The notes under the pieces were generated by a model. It had not been told where the DNA came from, made no database searches, and worked only from the letters and a program-made list of their open reading frames with translations. Shown here piece after piece: positions 24,228-35,659 of a stretch of 64,000 nt of DNA. Both the position numbers and the translations under genes were made by a program. Numbering within the stretch: the stretch's first letter is position 1; every line of letters starts with the position of its first letter. Source of the stretch: Octopus sinensis (taxonomy: Eukaryota); assembly GCF_006345805.1 (NCBI RefSeq), contig NC_042998.1, positions 204,166,001 through 204,230,000 of the forward strand. The letters run 5' to 3'.

Positions 24228-24456
24228 GACGATTTCATCTCAATCGAAGGAGAGGGGCTTTCTCCGTCCGGGTTGCGGATCTGTGGAATAAGCTGCCAGA
24301 CGAGATAGTGAAGATGCTGACGACCGCTCAGTTCAAAGTCTCTCTTGACCAGAAATGGCCTGAACTCTTTGTATGACCACCCTCCCTGTACATAACTTCC
24401 TGTCCCCCTTGGCCTTGCTTTTGCTTTTTGAGCCAATAAAAATTGAATTGAATTGA
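24228..24456 (+). mobile_element. CR1-clade LINE 3' end
   Basis: HLNRRRGAFSVRVADLWNKLPDEIVKMLTTAQFKVSLDQKWPELFV*, a short 3' UTR and an (AATTG)3 tail. Confidence 0.8.
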
Positions 24457-25004
24457 AAAAGTACCTGTATCTTCTCTCTACCTTTCATCTATTCCCCTTG
24501 TCATAGAAATCCTCCCTCTCCCTGCTTTTCCTTTCTTCTTTATTTCTGTTCCTCCTCCTTCCTTTGCCATTTATACCTTCCTTCTCCCTTTTGTTTTTAT
24601 TCTTCCACCTCTTCTCCCTTCAACACTTCTACCCAAACTGCTTTTGCCAGCTTTCTCTTGATGAAGAAAGCTGAACTTAAGGCAATATCTCTCTGTGACT
24701 GGTTGCATCTCCAACACTTTTTGCACATTTCATCTTCAAATTATAAGCATTATGATTATTACATAAATCCAACCCTCCTGAAACAGCTGTACGGTTAAGA
24801 AATTGTGTATTTTCTTCTTAAGATTCTTAGTTCTTATTTGTACATGTATGAGTTTATCTTTTTGAATATATGTAGATAAATGTGTTTGTGTGTAAATAGA
24901 TATGTCAGGCCAAATTGTGTTTATCTGCATCATTACCTCCCTCTCTCTCTCTCTCTCTCTCTCTCATATAAATGGTTTATCCATTTATACATAGTAACAC
25001 CATG

Positions 25005-25325
25005 AAGGTGCTTGGATTATCGTTTAGAGTATTCAGCTCACAATCGTAATGTCGTCCTGAGTTCAATTTCCGGACGTGCATTGTGTCTCTTGAGCAAGAC
25101 ACTTTATTTCACTTTACTCCAGTTTGCTGACAAAAATGTGTTATACTTGTAATTCGAAGGTCCATCCTTGTTGCATTCTGTGCCACCCTGAATCTCCTTG
25201 AGAACTACGTTAAGGGTATGCGTATCTGTGGAATACTCAGCCCACTTGCATGTTAATTTCACGACGAGGCTGTTCTGTTGATTGGATCAACTGGAACGCT
25301 CATCGTCGTAACCGACGGAGTGCCA
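25005..25325 (+). mobile_element. SINE family D
   Basis: Homologous to 14703-15020. Confidence 0.8.
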
Positions 25326-25580
25326 GTCGGTCACATAGTAACACCCTTAATAACTCCGCTCCAACCAGAAGAGTCTCCATAGCAGCTGATGAGAAATGCT
25401 CAAAATAAATCCTCCACCGTTACCACTCATCTCTCTCTCTCTTTCTTTCTTCCTCTCACTCACACTAAACCCTTCAGAAAGTGAGGACCGATGTCCCACC
25501 AAATATACTGTACCACTCAGAGCACTTTGCAACACTCTAATGCGCCAGTAGGCGACGGTCCAGCCATGACTTACACTCAC

Positions 25581-25792
25581 TTCAAGATTGCAGGTTCGAG
25601 CTGAAGGAATGTTTTCCTTATACACGAGTGCTTCGTCGACTTCCCTTCGCAGAACAACAGTCAAACGGGAAGGTTTGCTAATTAATGCAATGCGTGTTTG
25701 TAGTCGAAGACGAGATTGTTTGAAGTAAAGCCTCGTCTGTGGTGTGGAGGGCAGCGGGTATGGCATTGACAGTGTGTGACGTTTGTTGTTGG
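25581..25792 (-). CDS. Candidate coding exon (phase 1 to 0)
   Basis: Acceptor (CA)n-CAG, donor GTGAGT; NNKRHTLSMPYPLPSTPQTRLYFKQSRLRLQTRIALISKPSRLTVVLRREVDEALVYKENIPSARTCNLE. Confidence 0.35.
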
Positions 25793-25988
25793 CTGTGTGT
25801 GTGTGTGTATCTGTTTACCACCAGGTGCCTGGTCTTTGTAGTGCAGATTTATGGCGATCAGAGTTGATGAAGCTGTTGTTAGTTGTATTGACATAACTTT
25901 TGAAGGTTCGCCTTCAGTCAAATATTCCTACAATAACTTAGGCATTTGTTAGTCCTATAATAATCTTGGCTAAGCAGTTGTTTACCTT

Positions 25989-25990
<2 letters not shown>

Positions 25991-26036
<46 letters not shown>

Positions 26037-26395
26037 AGTATGCGTGTGCAGAATTATCAGATCGTACACACACACACGTACATACACACATACAAACGTA
26101 TGTGCATACATACATACATATATGCATACATACATTATACATACGTACATAGATACATACGTACATGCATACATACAAACGTATATACATACATACATAC
26201 ATACATACATACATAGTACATATATACATACGTACATGCATGCATACACACACATACATAAGTACATGCATACATACACACACATACATACGTATATGCA
26301 TGCATACATACATACATACGTACATAGATACATACATCCGTATATGCATACACACATACACAAGTACATGCATGCATACATGTATGCAAGTACAC
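25991..26395. repeat. (TG)n followed by a degenerate (CATA)n array
   Basis: Direct reading. Confidence 0.9.
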
Positions 26396-26529
26396 TTAAA
26401 TGCAATCAGAAGGGCGCACTTGAAATATTTACGACAGAAACCGGAACAAATGCCATAATAGCCACAATGAATAATTATATATATGTCACTTCTGTGTCTG
26501 TGTGTCTGTGTGTGCGCGCGCGCGCGAAG

Positions 26530-26825
26530 ACGCATGGCCTAGTGGTTGGGTATGGTACACTGATGATTGTGAGATTGTGGTTTCGATTCCCGGACCAGAC
26601 TTTGTGTTCTGTTCTTGAGCAAAACTCTTCATCTCATGTTGCTTCAGTTCACTCAGTTGTGAATGCAGAACCCTGCGACGGACTGGCGTTTCTTTTAGGG
26701 GTGGAAGGTGGGGGGGACATTAGCCTGCCCGCCTAGAAAGTAGGGTGGAATCATTCGAAAGTTACAACAATGCATGAAAGCGCATTGTGACCAGCGATGT
26801 ATAATCACATCTGATAGTCTAAGTC
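26530..26825 (+). mobile_element. tRNA-headed SINE with a V-domain-like CCCTGCGACGGACTGGC motif (related copy at 54212-54385)
   Basis: TGGCCTAGTGGTT / GGTTTCGATTCC boxes; the V-like assignment is from memory of V-SINE consensus. Confidence 0.6.
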
Positions 26826-27144
26826 GTTAAAGTCATATGTATAAAACAAAGAATTGTTTATTAATATATTTTCAATACAGAGTAAAGTGTAGTGTATGTC
26901 ACGAGCCGACGGACAATGAGAAGGTTTTAATGAGATCCGGATTCGTTGCCATTTGCGTGACATTTTGAGCCAGAGTCATTTCCATAGTGTCTCGGTCGAC
27001 AGAAAATGTATGGAAGCCTGTCAGGTGGATCGTACCTGGAAGATAATGGCGCACGCGTGTCTGCAATTGGAATACCTGCCGAGACTGACGGAGATCAATT
27101 TGGAAAGTCTGTTGTTTGTGTGTGAGCAAAGTGGACCCCATAAC

Positions 27145-27372
27145 CTATTTCTTTACTACCCAAAAGGGGCTAAACACAGAAGGGACAAACAAGGACAGAC
27201 AAAGGGATTAAGTCGATTACATCGACCACCAGTGTGTAACTGGTACTTAATTTATCGACCCCGAAAGGATGAAAGGCAAAGTCGACCTCGGTGGAATTTG
27301 AACTCAGAACGTAGCGACAGACGAAATAAGCATTTCGCCCGGCGTGCTAACGTTTCTGCCAGGTCATCGCCT
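27145..27372 (-). mobile_element. SINE family B
   Basis: Homology to the other copies. Confidence 0.85.
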
Positions 27373-27504
27373 TTAGTGGACCCCATACCACGGCGATGTG
27401 GGGTTCCTAGATTTTGTCTTTTCTGACGAAAATGATATAAATTTATTCAAACGTTTTGTTGGAAACGGAACAAGGACACAGTTATCGTTGTTGTTAGCTA
27501 TTTT

Positions 27505-27636
27505 GCTTGGCTGTAGAAACTCTGCCAGACCAAGACTGGAGCCCGGTGCAGCCATCTGGTTCGCCAGCCCCCAGTCAAACCGTCCAACACATGCTAGCAT
27601 GGAAAGCGGACGTTAAACGTTGATGATGATGATGAT
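27505..27636 (+). mobile_element. Family C, 3' end
   Basis: Homology to the other copies. Confidence 0.85.
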
Positions 27637-28233
27637 TTTCACTCACAAATGAGGTGCGTTTTTAGGTTACCACCAACCTGTATTTTTTTATCTAGACCCC
27701 ATCTCTATCAATGTTGCCCGCCAATGCTCCCCTAGTTTTGGAACCAGAGTGGTCCTTCTCATAGGCTGCTTGTCATCCAAGGCGGAGCACTGGCTATTTG
27801 AAAGCGCCAGACTGTCGCCTTTTTATACCCTTCTCCTTCTAGTTCAGCGAAGGAGTCGGGTTTGAGTGTCAGAGGCTATGTTTTGCGCAGGCCATTGGGG
27901 CATTTTATAAGTGAAGGGCACTCAAATCCTTTCACCACGCCCGGCATTGACAGTTTTCAAATCGGATAAATCCAATAATAGAAAAGTTGGGTTTCCAGTT
28001 TGTCCAAAAACCTTTCTATGCTCGTTCGTTTTTTGACGATGAAGGGTGTTCAAAGCGTTTTCATTCCCCACTCCCAATTTCAGAGGGCGCACTTGCGCTT
28101 CCTGCCTCCACCCATCCCTGTTCCTGGCCCTTTGAGCAGTGCTTTAAACAAAGTCTCTAAGAATCCACTGAGAGACACACAGCACGTGTGAACACGAGCT
28201 GATGGAAGACTGCGATGGCGTGGAAATACATAC

Positions 28234-28438
28234 TAAATAAGTGACGGCCACGATTGGACGCTGGCGGTGTGTCCGGTGTGCGAGTGCTGCGTGAATAATA
28301 CTCAAGATCTTCCAATTGAGAATAGAACTGCAATATGAAACGGTGACATTTTCTCTTGCTAGTCTTTCGAAGTTGTTTGTTTATAGTTTTTCTCGATGAT
28401 AAATGAGAAACTGTAATTTTATCAGATTTTCTGATCAT
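28234..28438 (-). CDS. Candidate first or internal coding exon (ends in phase 1)
   Basis: ATG at 28438 or acceptor at 28327; donor GTATGT; ...FYSQLEDLEYYSRSTRTPDTPPASNRGRHLF; phase-compatible with 25581-25792. Confidence 0.25.
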
Positions 28439-28715
28439 CAAATTTGAATGTTAAATAAAAATAAATAAATGAATGAATTCAAGTGAGTCGATCAGTCTAT
28501 CTGTTGAGACGCCGGTTCTTTTCTCATTAAGGTTTCCACCGATCAATCAATCAATTTTTATTTGTTTTATCATTTCTTTTATAATGTCTCCGGATCTCCT
28601 AGCGTTACGTCGTAGACCGGGAAGAGATAAGCCCCCGGTCTGCTAAGTCTGCAATTTTAGATTCAAGTTAATTTCGCTTTCTTTTTTTTTTTCCTGTTTT
28701 GTGTGTGTATGTGTG

Positions 28716-29417
28716 TGTTGGGAGGGCCATTACGCCAATAACACATGCACTGGTTCAATACCACTTCTTCGTTGTCAGTCAATTGGTTATATACCTAACC
28801 AACTGACTAAGCGGTCATCTGTTTAATGTACGGGTTAAACACTCAACCAGCTGTTTCTTGGTCAAAGTTCCTTTGTCACTGTCTGCGACCTTTTCACTGA
28901 CTTAATGACTTTTCCTCTCGCTCCTACACCAGCTCTGCGTCTGTCTGAGAATTGCTTCTATGTCTGACTGTGTGTGTGTGTGTGTGTAGCTCTGTGTTTG
29001 CTTAGAAGAGGAGATAAGAATAAACGAAAAGTTTGTGTGTGTGTGAGAGAGAAGGAGACCTGTGTAAACCAAAAATATATTTTCGGTTTCCTTTTTTCTT
29101 AACTTGTAACCCTAATATACTAGGAAGTATATTAAAGGTTTTCAAGTCCCTTCAAGAAGTCAATATTGTTAGCAGTGCGAGGCGGCAGTATCGTTAGCAC
29201 GCCGGGCGAAATGCTTCAGTTGTCCCTGTTTCAACGACTCCGCGTTTTCGAAGGCAAGGACAAGACGCGACTTCATTGAAACAGTCCTTCCCGCAAAGCA
29301 AATTAAATAAAACTTGGGATGTTTTGCGGAGGTCGAAAGTGGTAACAAGACCAGGACAGTGAGAACAAAACAGTAAAAACAATAAAGAAGTAAAATACAG
29401 TTTAACATAACGTTACA
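28716..29417. mobile_element. Possible solo LTR with a family B head inserted
   Basis: TGTTGG...GTTACA termini and AATAAA near the right end; no matching TSD. Confidence 0.3.
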
Positions 29418-29444
29418 TTTAATTAATATTTTTAATGTTTATAT

Positions 29445-29795
29445 AAGTAGCTTGCTTCCCAACCACATGGTTCTGTGTTCAGTCCCACTACGTGGTACCT
29501 TAGGCAAGTGTTTTCTACCAGAGCCTCGGGCCGACTAAAGCCCTGTGAGTGGCTTTGGTAGACGGAAACTGAAAGAAGCCTGTCGTGTGTGTGTCTCTCT
29601 GTGTTTGTCACTAACTACCACTTGACAACCGGTGTTGGTGTGTTTACGTCCCTGTAACGTAGCAGTTCGACCATAGCGTCCAACAGAATATGTACAAAGT
29701 TTAAAACATAAGTACTGGGAGTCGATTCGTTCGGCTAAAATTCTTCTAGGCCCCAACACGGCTGCAGCCTAAGGACTGAAAAAGAAAAGTAAAGC
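29445..29795 (+). mobile_element. SINE family A
   Basis: Homology to the other copies. Confidence 0.8.
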
Positions 29796-30086
29796 TTGCG
29801 CGTCCACCAACTCACTAGCGTAGCTAGTGTGTGTGTGCCACCCGGGGCAGCCCTTCCTTGCCTACAGCAAACCGAAAAGTGCCACCCGAGGCACCAACTA
29901 TGCTCGTACGCTTGTGATTGGATGATGCTGTAGTAAATCATCCGATGCTCAAGCTCGTGGTTCCCGGAACTAAATTCTTCTATCCTGGTATTGTGTGTTT
30001 GAACATTAAAACTGGGCTGTGGTGGTAGGAGATGGAGCACTCGATTCACACATTTGTATTGACGGGAGGCGTTGACACAGGATTTA

Positions 30087-30590
30087 AGCCTTTTGATACC
30101 AACCCGGTTGAAACCGGCTCTGGCTCTGTACTACAAATGTTCATCGTTTAACGTCCGCTTTCCATGCTAGCATGGGCTGGCGAACCAGATGGCTGCACCA
30201 GGCTTCAATCTTGATCTGGCGGAGTTTCTACAGCTGGATGCCCTTCCTAATGCCAACCACTCCAAGAGTGTAGTGGGTGCTTTTACGTGCCACTGGCACG
30301 GGGCCTAGTCAGGTGGTACTGGCAACGACCCCGCTCGAATCTTTTTACACATGCCACCGGCACAGGTGCCAGTAAGGCGACTTTGGTAATGATCACACTC
30401 AAATGGTGCCTTTTATGTAAACAAATGTCTTGTTTACAAAAGTTCTCAGTTGAAATCTTCCACCAAACCTTAGTCACAATTTATGTTCCTAACACTAGCT
30501 TAATGATAACTAAGTTATTTTACTAAATTCTTTGTTATATTTAAAATTAATTCAAAGAAACACAGAGCATCTCAACAGAAATCTGGTACG
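30087..30590. mobile_element. Second copy of the same piggyBac-type MITE, interrupted by a family C element
   Basis: Homologous to 4070-4292. The insertion is flanked by the 8-bp TSD ACAAATGT (30133-30140, 30421-30428). Confidence 0.75.
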
Positions 30591-30697
30591 GCTCAGTCTG
30601 CCTGGCTGTAAATGTGTAACATAAGGAGAGAGTCAACCGATGAATGTTGTGGAGAAATTGTTTCGTTCTCTTGAAGTCGATTACTTTGCAGGATGTG

Positions 30698-30873
30698 TGA
30701 CGTCATGTATTAAGAGGGAGGAACTATGATAAACCACGTGGTTTATTTTGATGCAGTGTGGGAAGAAGTAGAAATGAACATGTGGTTTAAAAGCCATTTG
30801 TTGCCGTAAATGGGGGACATTTGTTCATCTTGCGAAGGGTCCATTTTGGTCTCCCTTTTGTGTGACGTCACAC
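30698..30873. promoter_or_regulatory. CRE / E-box / CRE cluster
   Basis: TGACGTCA 30698-30705; 18-bp palindrome ATAAACCACGTGGTTTAT 30729-30746; 14-bp palindrome GTGTGACGTCACAC 30860-30873. Confidence 0.35.
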
Positions 30874-31499
30874 TAGCATGGATCTTTCTATCTTGAAAAT
30901 AGGGAAACATAGGCTGGTGTCGCTGTTGTAGATTTATATTGTCTAAGAGAAAGAAAGGATGGTCACGGCTTGGTTGTCTTTGTTCATCGGTCTACTCAAC
31001 CAGTTTTCACCAGGGATTTAACAACTACTACACCTTAGTCATGGACTTTATTAGCAGGGCGATCTGTCCCCTTGTCAATGGATAAACCCGATTTAAAGAA
31101 AGATTCTGTTTATCAAATAAGGTTTCATTGACATCGTCGACCTACCTGATATCTCGTCTAGGAAAGCGTACTACCAATAATAATATAATAATAATAATAA
31201 TAATGGCGGAGCCTCAGCATGGCCACAGCTTGAGCTGAAACTAGATAAATAAATAAATAAATAATGATAATAAATCGTGTTAACTGGAACGGTTCATGTA
31301 CTGGGAAAAGCATTATCGCTGTGAAAACAACACCTATTCATGAATTTATTTATTTATTAATTTTTTTAATTTATAATTTGCGTGTGTAATCTGGGAATGC
31401 ATACAATGAGCTTCTATGCCCTAGGTGTACGGAAGACACTCGGCGAGAAACGGTAGAAAATTTAAAGAAAGAAGGAATAATAATAATAATGGTTTCACA

Positions 31500-31880
31500 T
31501 TTTGGCACAAGGCCAGCAATTTCAGGGAAGGAAAGTAAGTCGATTACATCCATTCCAACCGAACCCGAAAGGCAAAGTTAACCCCAGCGACATTTGTACT
31601 CAGAAATGTAAAGTCGGCAAAAATGCCGCTAAGCTTTTTGTCCGGCACGTTTACGATTCTGCCAGCTCGCCATCTTCCTAATAATAATCAGAATAATGAT
31701 TTCAAATTTTGGCACAGAGCAGTTTTTGAGGGGAAGAGAAGAGGAAGTCGATTTCATCGACAGCAACGATGAAAAAGCAATGGCGACATGGGCAGAATTC
31801 GAACTCAGAACGTAAAGACGGACGAAATGGCAGCAAACGTTTTTTACTCGGCGTGCTAACGGTTGTGTCCAGCTCGCCGC
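31500..31880 (-). mobile_element. Two adjacent degenerate family B SINEs
   Basis: Heads at about 31670 and 31880. Confidence 0.75.
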
Positions 31881-32663
31881 CAATAAATAAATTAATTGAT
31901 AACAACAACAACAACAACAACAACAACACTGCACTCTGTCACTTTCAGCTGCTTTCTAATTACGTCAGCCACAGAATATGTACTTTGAGGGAATGTGCAC
32001 TTTAAGCATGTCGGTGTCAAAAAAGAGGAACAATTTAATTGCTCAGGACTTGCTCGTATTTTAATGAGGATAAACATTAACTCCTTCACATAATAATGGT
32101 TGTGTTGTTGTTGTTGTCATTATTATGAAACACACAAACATTATATACATATATATATATATATATGAACACAAGCAGTCTTGTATTTCACTAAGCCAGT
32201 CCTCGAGTAAGATTCGAGGACAACTCGCTGCCGTCTCATTCGCTCTCTGAACACATATCTAACAGAATCTCGCATGCATATTTATTAATCAAATCTTAAC
32301 GTCATTAATTAGTTTTCCATTTAGTCTGACGTTTGCTTAAAAGCTGTGCTGTTATTGTTTTGCTACAGGAGAGCCATGGTCGAACAGACTTACTGATCAA
32401 AGGCGTTTCGGCTGTCACCCCGTCCACGAGACCAGCTTTTATTCAAGCAACGTACATCCTGAGCAAATGACCCTTGGCGGTAGATATAAGATTTGGGGGT
32501 TAAGTTTATCTGCAATAAACTGGTTCTACTTCTGCAAAAAATGTGATAGGGTTTTTGAAACATTTAATGCCTATGAGGAATATATAGGAATATAGGCAAA
32601 AAATTGTTGAGTACCACTGATGTAGGGACACACACCTGATAAGTATCCCTCTTGGCTTAAGAT

Positions 32664-32829
32664 CAGGGCCGGCTCTAGGATTCCTGGCGCCCCGGGCGAA
32701 GTGAACTTCGGCCTATACAAGCTGATGGTCGTGGAAATTTCCTTGTCGTTGTCACGCCCTCCTTGGCGCCCCCTAGCACATGACGCCCTGAGCGACTGCC
32801 CGAGTTACCAATACCTTGAGCCGGCCCTA
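32664..32829. mobile_element. hAT-type MITE
   Basis: TIRs CAGGGCCGGCTC / GAGCCGGCCCTA; perfect 8-bp TSD CTTAAGAT (32656-32663, 32830-32837). Confidence 0.85.
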
Positions 32830-33128
32830 CTTAAGATGGTAAGATATTATTTCAGATCTACGGGGTTGTTGTTTTTAGCATGTCGAGCGACCCTTTTTAA
32901 GATCCCTCGTTGCCTATCCTTTTGTCCTGTGTAGTGAAATAAGGGCGTAATTTTTGCAGTTTTAATTTATATACTCTGTGGAAGCGGATGGCGGTGATCG
33001 AATCCGGCATTTTTTAATCCGGATGGGGGATTGATTTAGGCTTCGATATTCGTATTCTCATTGTTTTTGCTGGCTTTTTTGTTTAATGTTGACTTTTTTT
33101 TTTTAAGATGTTAATATTGAATTGATAT

Positions 33129-33520
33129 TAAGGCGGTGAGCTGGCAGAATCGTTAGCGCGCCGGGCGAAATGCTTTGCGGTATTTCGTCTGCCGCTACGT
33201 TCTGAGTTCAAATTCCACCAAGGTTGACTTTGCCTTTCATCCTTTCGGGATCGATTAAATAAGTACCAGTTACGCCCTGGGGTCGATGTCATCGACTTAA
33301 TCCGTTTGTCTGTCCTTGTTTGTCCCCTCTGTGTGTAGCCCCTTGTGGGCAGTAACGAAATAGGTATTTCGCCCGTCGCTACGTTCTGAGTTCAAATTCC
33401 GCCGAGGTCTACTTTGCTTTTCATCCTTTCGGGACGATTAAATAAGTACCGGTTACACACTGGGGTCGATGTAATCGACTCCTTCCCCCACAAAAATTTC
33501 AGGCCTTATGCCAATAATAG
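33129..33520 (+). mobile_element. SINE family B dimer (head-X-tail1-X-tail2)
   Basis: Internal direct repeat restarting at GGTATTTCG (33362). Confidence 0.85.
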
Positions 33521-34366
33521 AAAGGCTTCTTGTTATTATAGAGAAATATATGAGGAATCGGAAAAGTGAACTGGTAAAACGGTAGGGAAGATATAGAATG
33601 GTGAAGTTGTATGGCAGAGGAAGGGGTACAATAAAAAAAAAAAGACCTAGTGTACCTAGGACTACATTATCTGATCTCATTTGAAGGAGATTTGGCTGCT
33701 GTTTGTAGCAGGTCAAGCAACTATGTAAAATCTCTTGATAAAAATTCCGTTATATATAATTGTATCTATTCTTCCAGGAACTACCCGAAAGGGAGGGAGG
33801 GAGGGCGAGATAACTTTTGATATTATTTCTATTATTCCAAGAATTACCAAATTCGGTAACCTGATCGTTTCCACCGCAATTAAAAGAGACAATCGTTAAT
33901 CGATTGATTGATGTAATGTCTCGGTTAGAAAACTCGGCTGTAAAATTGGAAGCCCACACCAACCTTATCAACAATCGATCATTTAAGATTGACTTTAAAC
34001 TAGAATTGATTAAGCTTGATTCATCATTTCTGAGAATTTCGGCGCAAAATAAAAAGAAGCACGGCCTGCCTGACCATGAGCCACGTCTCGTGCGGCCCAC
34101 TTCTCGGGAAAGGTTGCCCATGCTTGTTTTAGATCACAATACCAAATAAATCCTTTGCTTCTTTTTTTTTATTCGAAACGGTGATTTAAGAAAGCTTTGA
34201 CTTTTATTTCTAGCAGTTAGGAATTCCCTCATTGGTTCCCGGTCCTGGGTTCAGTCCCACTATGTGGCACCCTGGTCAAGTGTTTTCTACCATAGCCTCA
34301 GGCCAACCAAAGCCTTGTGAGTGGATTCGGGAAACTGAAACTGAGAGAAGCCTTTTTCTTTTTTAA

Positions 34367-34665
34367 GATTCTCTTGGAAAGACTATCCAACATTTCTGTC
34401 TCTGAAATGGATCAAGTGTTTCCTAACCGACGGAACCCAACACATTGTAGTCGGAGTAAAATTAAGCCCAGCCAAAGTCAGTAATGGTGTTCCACAAGGC
34501 ACTGTGTTGGGCCCACTTCTTTTCATCATCTACATCAATGTCATTACTGACATCATCAAGCACAGCAACATAAGAATATTTGCAGATGATTCCAAGATCC
34601 AAAAGGTCACCAAAGAAGTGGGTGACTGGACATGCCTTCAGTCAGATCTGTTGGCTGTCATTTAA
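34367..34665 (+). pseudogene. CR1/L2-group LINE reverse transcriptase fragment
   Basis: Frame from 34408: WIKCFLTDGTQHIVVGVKLSPAKVSNGVPQGTVLGPLLFIIYINVITDIIKHSNIRIFADDSKI... (GVPQG and FADD motifs), preceded by a frameshifted ILLERLSNI. Confidence 0.9.
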
Positions 34666-34768
34666 TCCATGTTGTCCAATTCCGGAATGACTTTGCCAGG
34701 TGGTGCTATTAAGTTAGACATGGCCTGGGCCAATACTGACCGAAACCTATCAAAGTATATATATGAAC

Positions 34769-34930
34769 AAATTCCGCCGAGGTCGACTTTGCCTTTCATC
34801 CTTTCGGGTTCGATAAATTAAGTACCAGTTACGCACTGGGGTCGATGTCATCGACTTAATCCTTTTTGTCTATCCTTGTTTGTCCTCTCTGTGTTTAGCC
34901 CCTTGTGGGTAGTAAAGAAATAGGTATTTC
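34769..34930 (+). mobile_element. SINE family B, 5'-truncated
   Basis: Homology to the other copies. Confidence 0.85.
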
Positions 34931-35156
34931 ATCAACCTCTCTCCCACCGCTTTGTGCCTGGTGGACCTGGTCGGCCCTACGTACGGTGACGCACGGTGAC
35001 GCCTCTGGGACCTTTAACTTTGGATGAACCCAGCTCCATCAAGCAAGTCCGAACTGGAAACAGCCATTAAGAAATTCCCTTTATTTTCAGCTTCTCACGA
35101 ACATTTTAAAAGCTTCTATTTAATAAGTGTGTGTGTGTGTGATGTAATTTTAATAT

Positions 35157-35390
35157 ATATTTCTTTACTACCCACAAGGGGCCAAACACAGAGGGGACAA
35201 ACAAGGACAGACAAATGGATTAAGTCGATTACATCGACCCCAGTGCGAAACTGGCACTTTATTTATCGACCCCGATAGGATGAAAAGCAAAGTCTACCTC
35301 GGCGGAATTTGAACTCAGAACGTAACGACGGACGAATACCTCTAAGCATTTCGCCCGGGGCGCTAACCACTCTGCCAGCTCGCCGCCTAT
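35157..35390 (-). mobile_element. SINE family B
   Basis: Homology to the other copies. Confidence 0.85.
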
Positions 35391-35519
35391 TTAATTTTGA
35401 TATATCCTCACTGATTTTTCTTCTTGGCTAAGCACGTTAACACACAATAATCTAGAGCTGCCCCTCCCACTATCTGCCGTCCTCTTACAGTTCTCTTTCA
35501 ACCTGTCACCGCCACCTCT

Positions 35520-35620
35520 GTCTCTCTCTCTCTCTCTCTCTGTCTTTCTTTCTCTCTCTCTGTCTCTCTCTCTCTCTCTGTCTTTCTTTCTCTCTCTCTT
35601 TGTCTCTCTCTGTCTTTCTT

Positions 35621-35650
<30 letters not shown>
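35520..35650. repeat. (CT)n/(CTTT) polypyrimidine tract
   Basis: Direct reading. Confidence 0.95.
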
Positions 35651-35652
<2 letters not shown>

Positions 35653-35659
35653 AAAATGG

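Noticed and set aside
26899-27141. CpG-rich minus-strand ORF as an extra exon
   Set aside because: Available splice sites are not phase-compatible with the neighbouring candidate exons, and there is no recognisable homology.
32645-32667. U2 snRNA-like CTTGGCTTAAGATCA
   Set aside because: The match is short and partly created by the MITE TSD and terminus; the rest of U2 is absent.
33904-34149. 81-aa plus-strand ORF
   Set aside because: No recognisable motif or convincing splice context.
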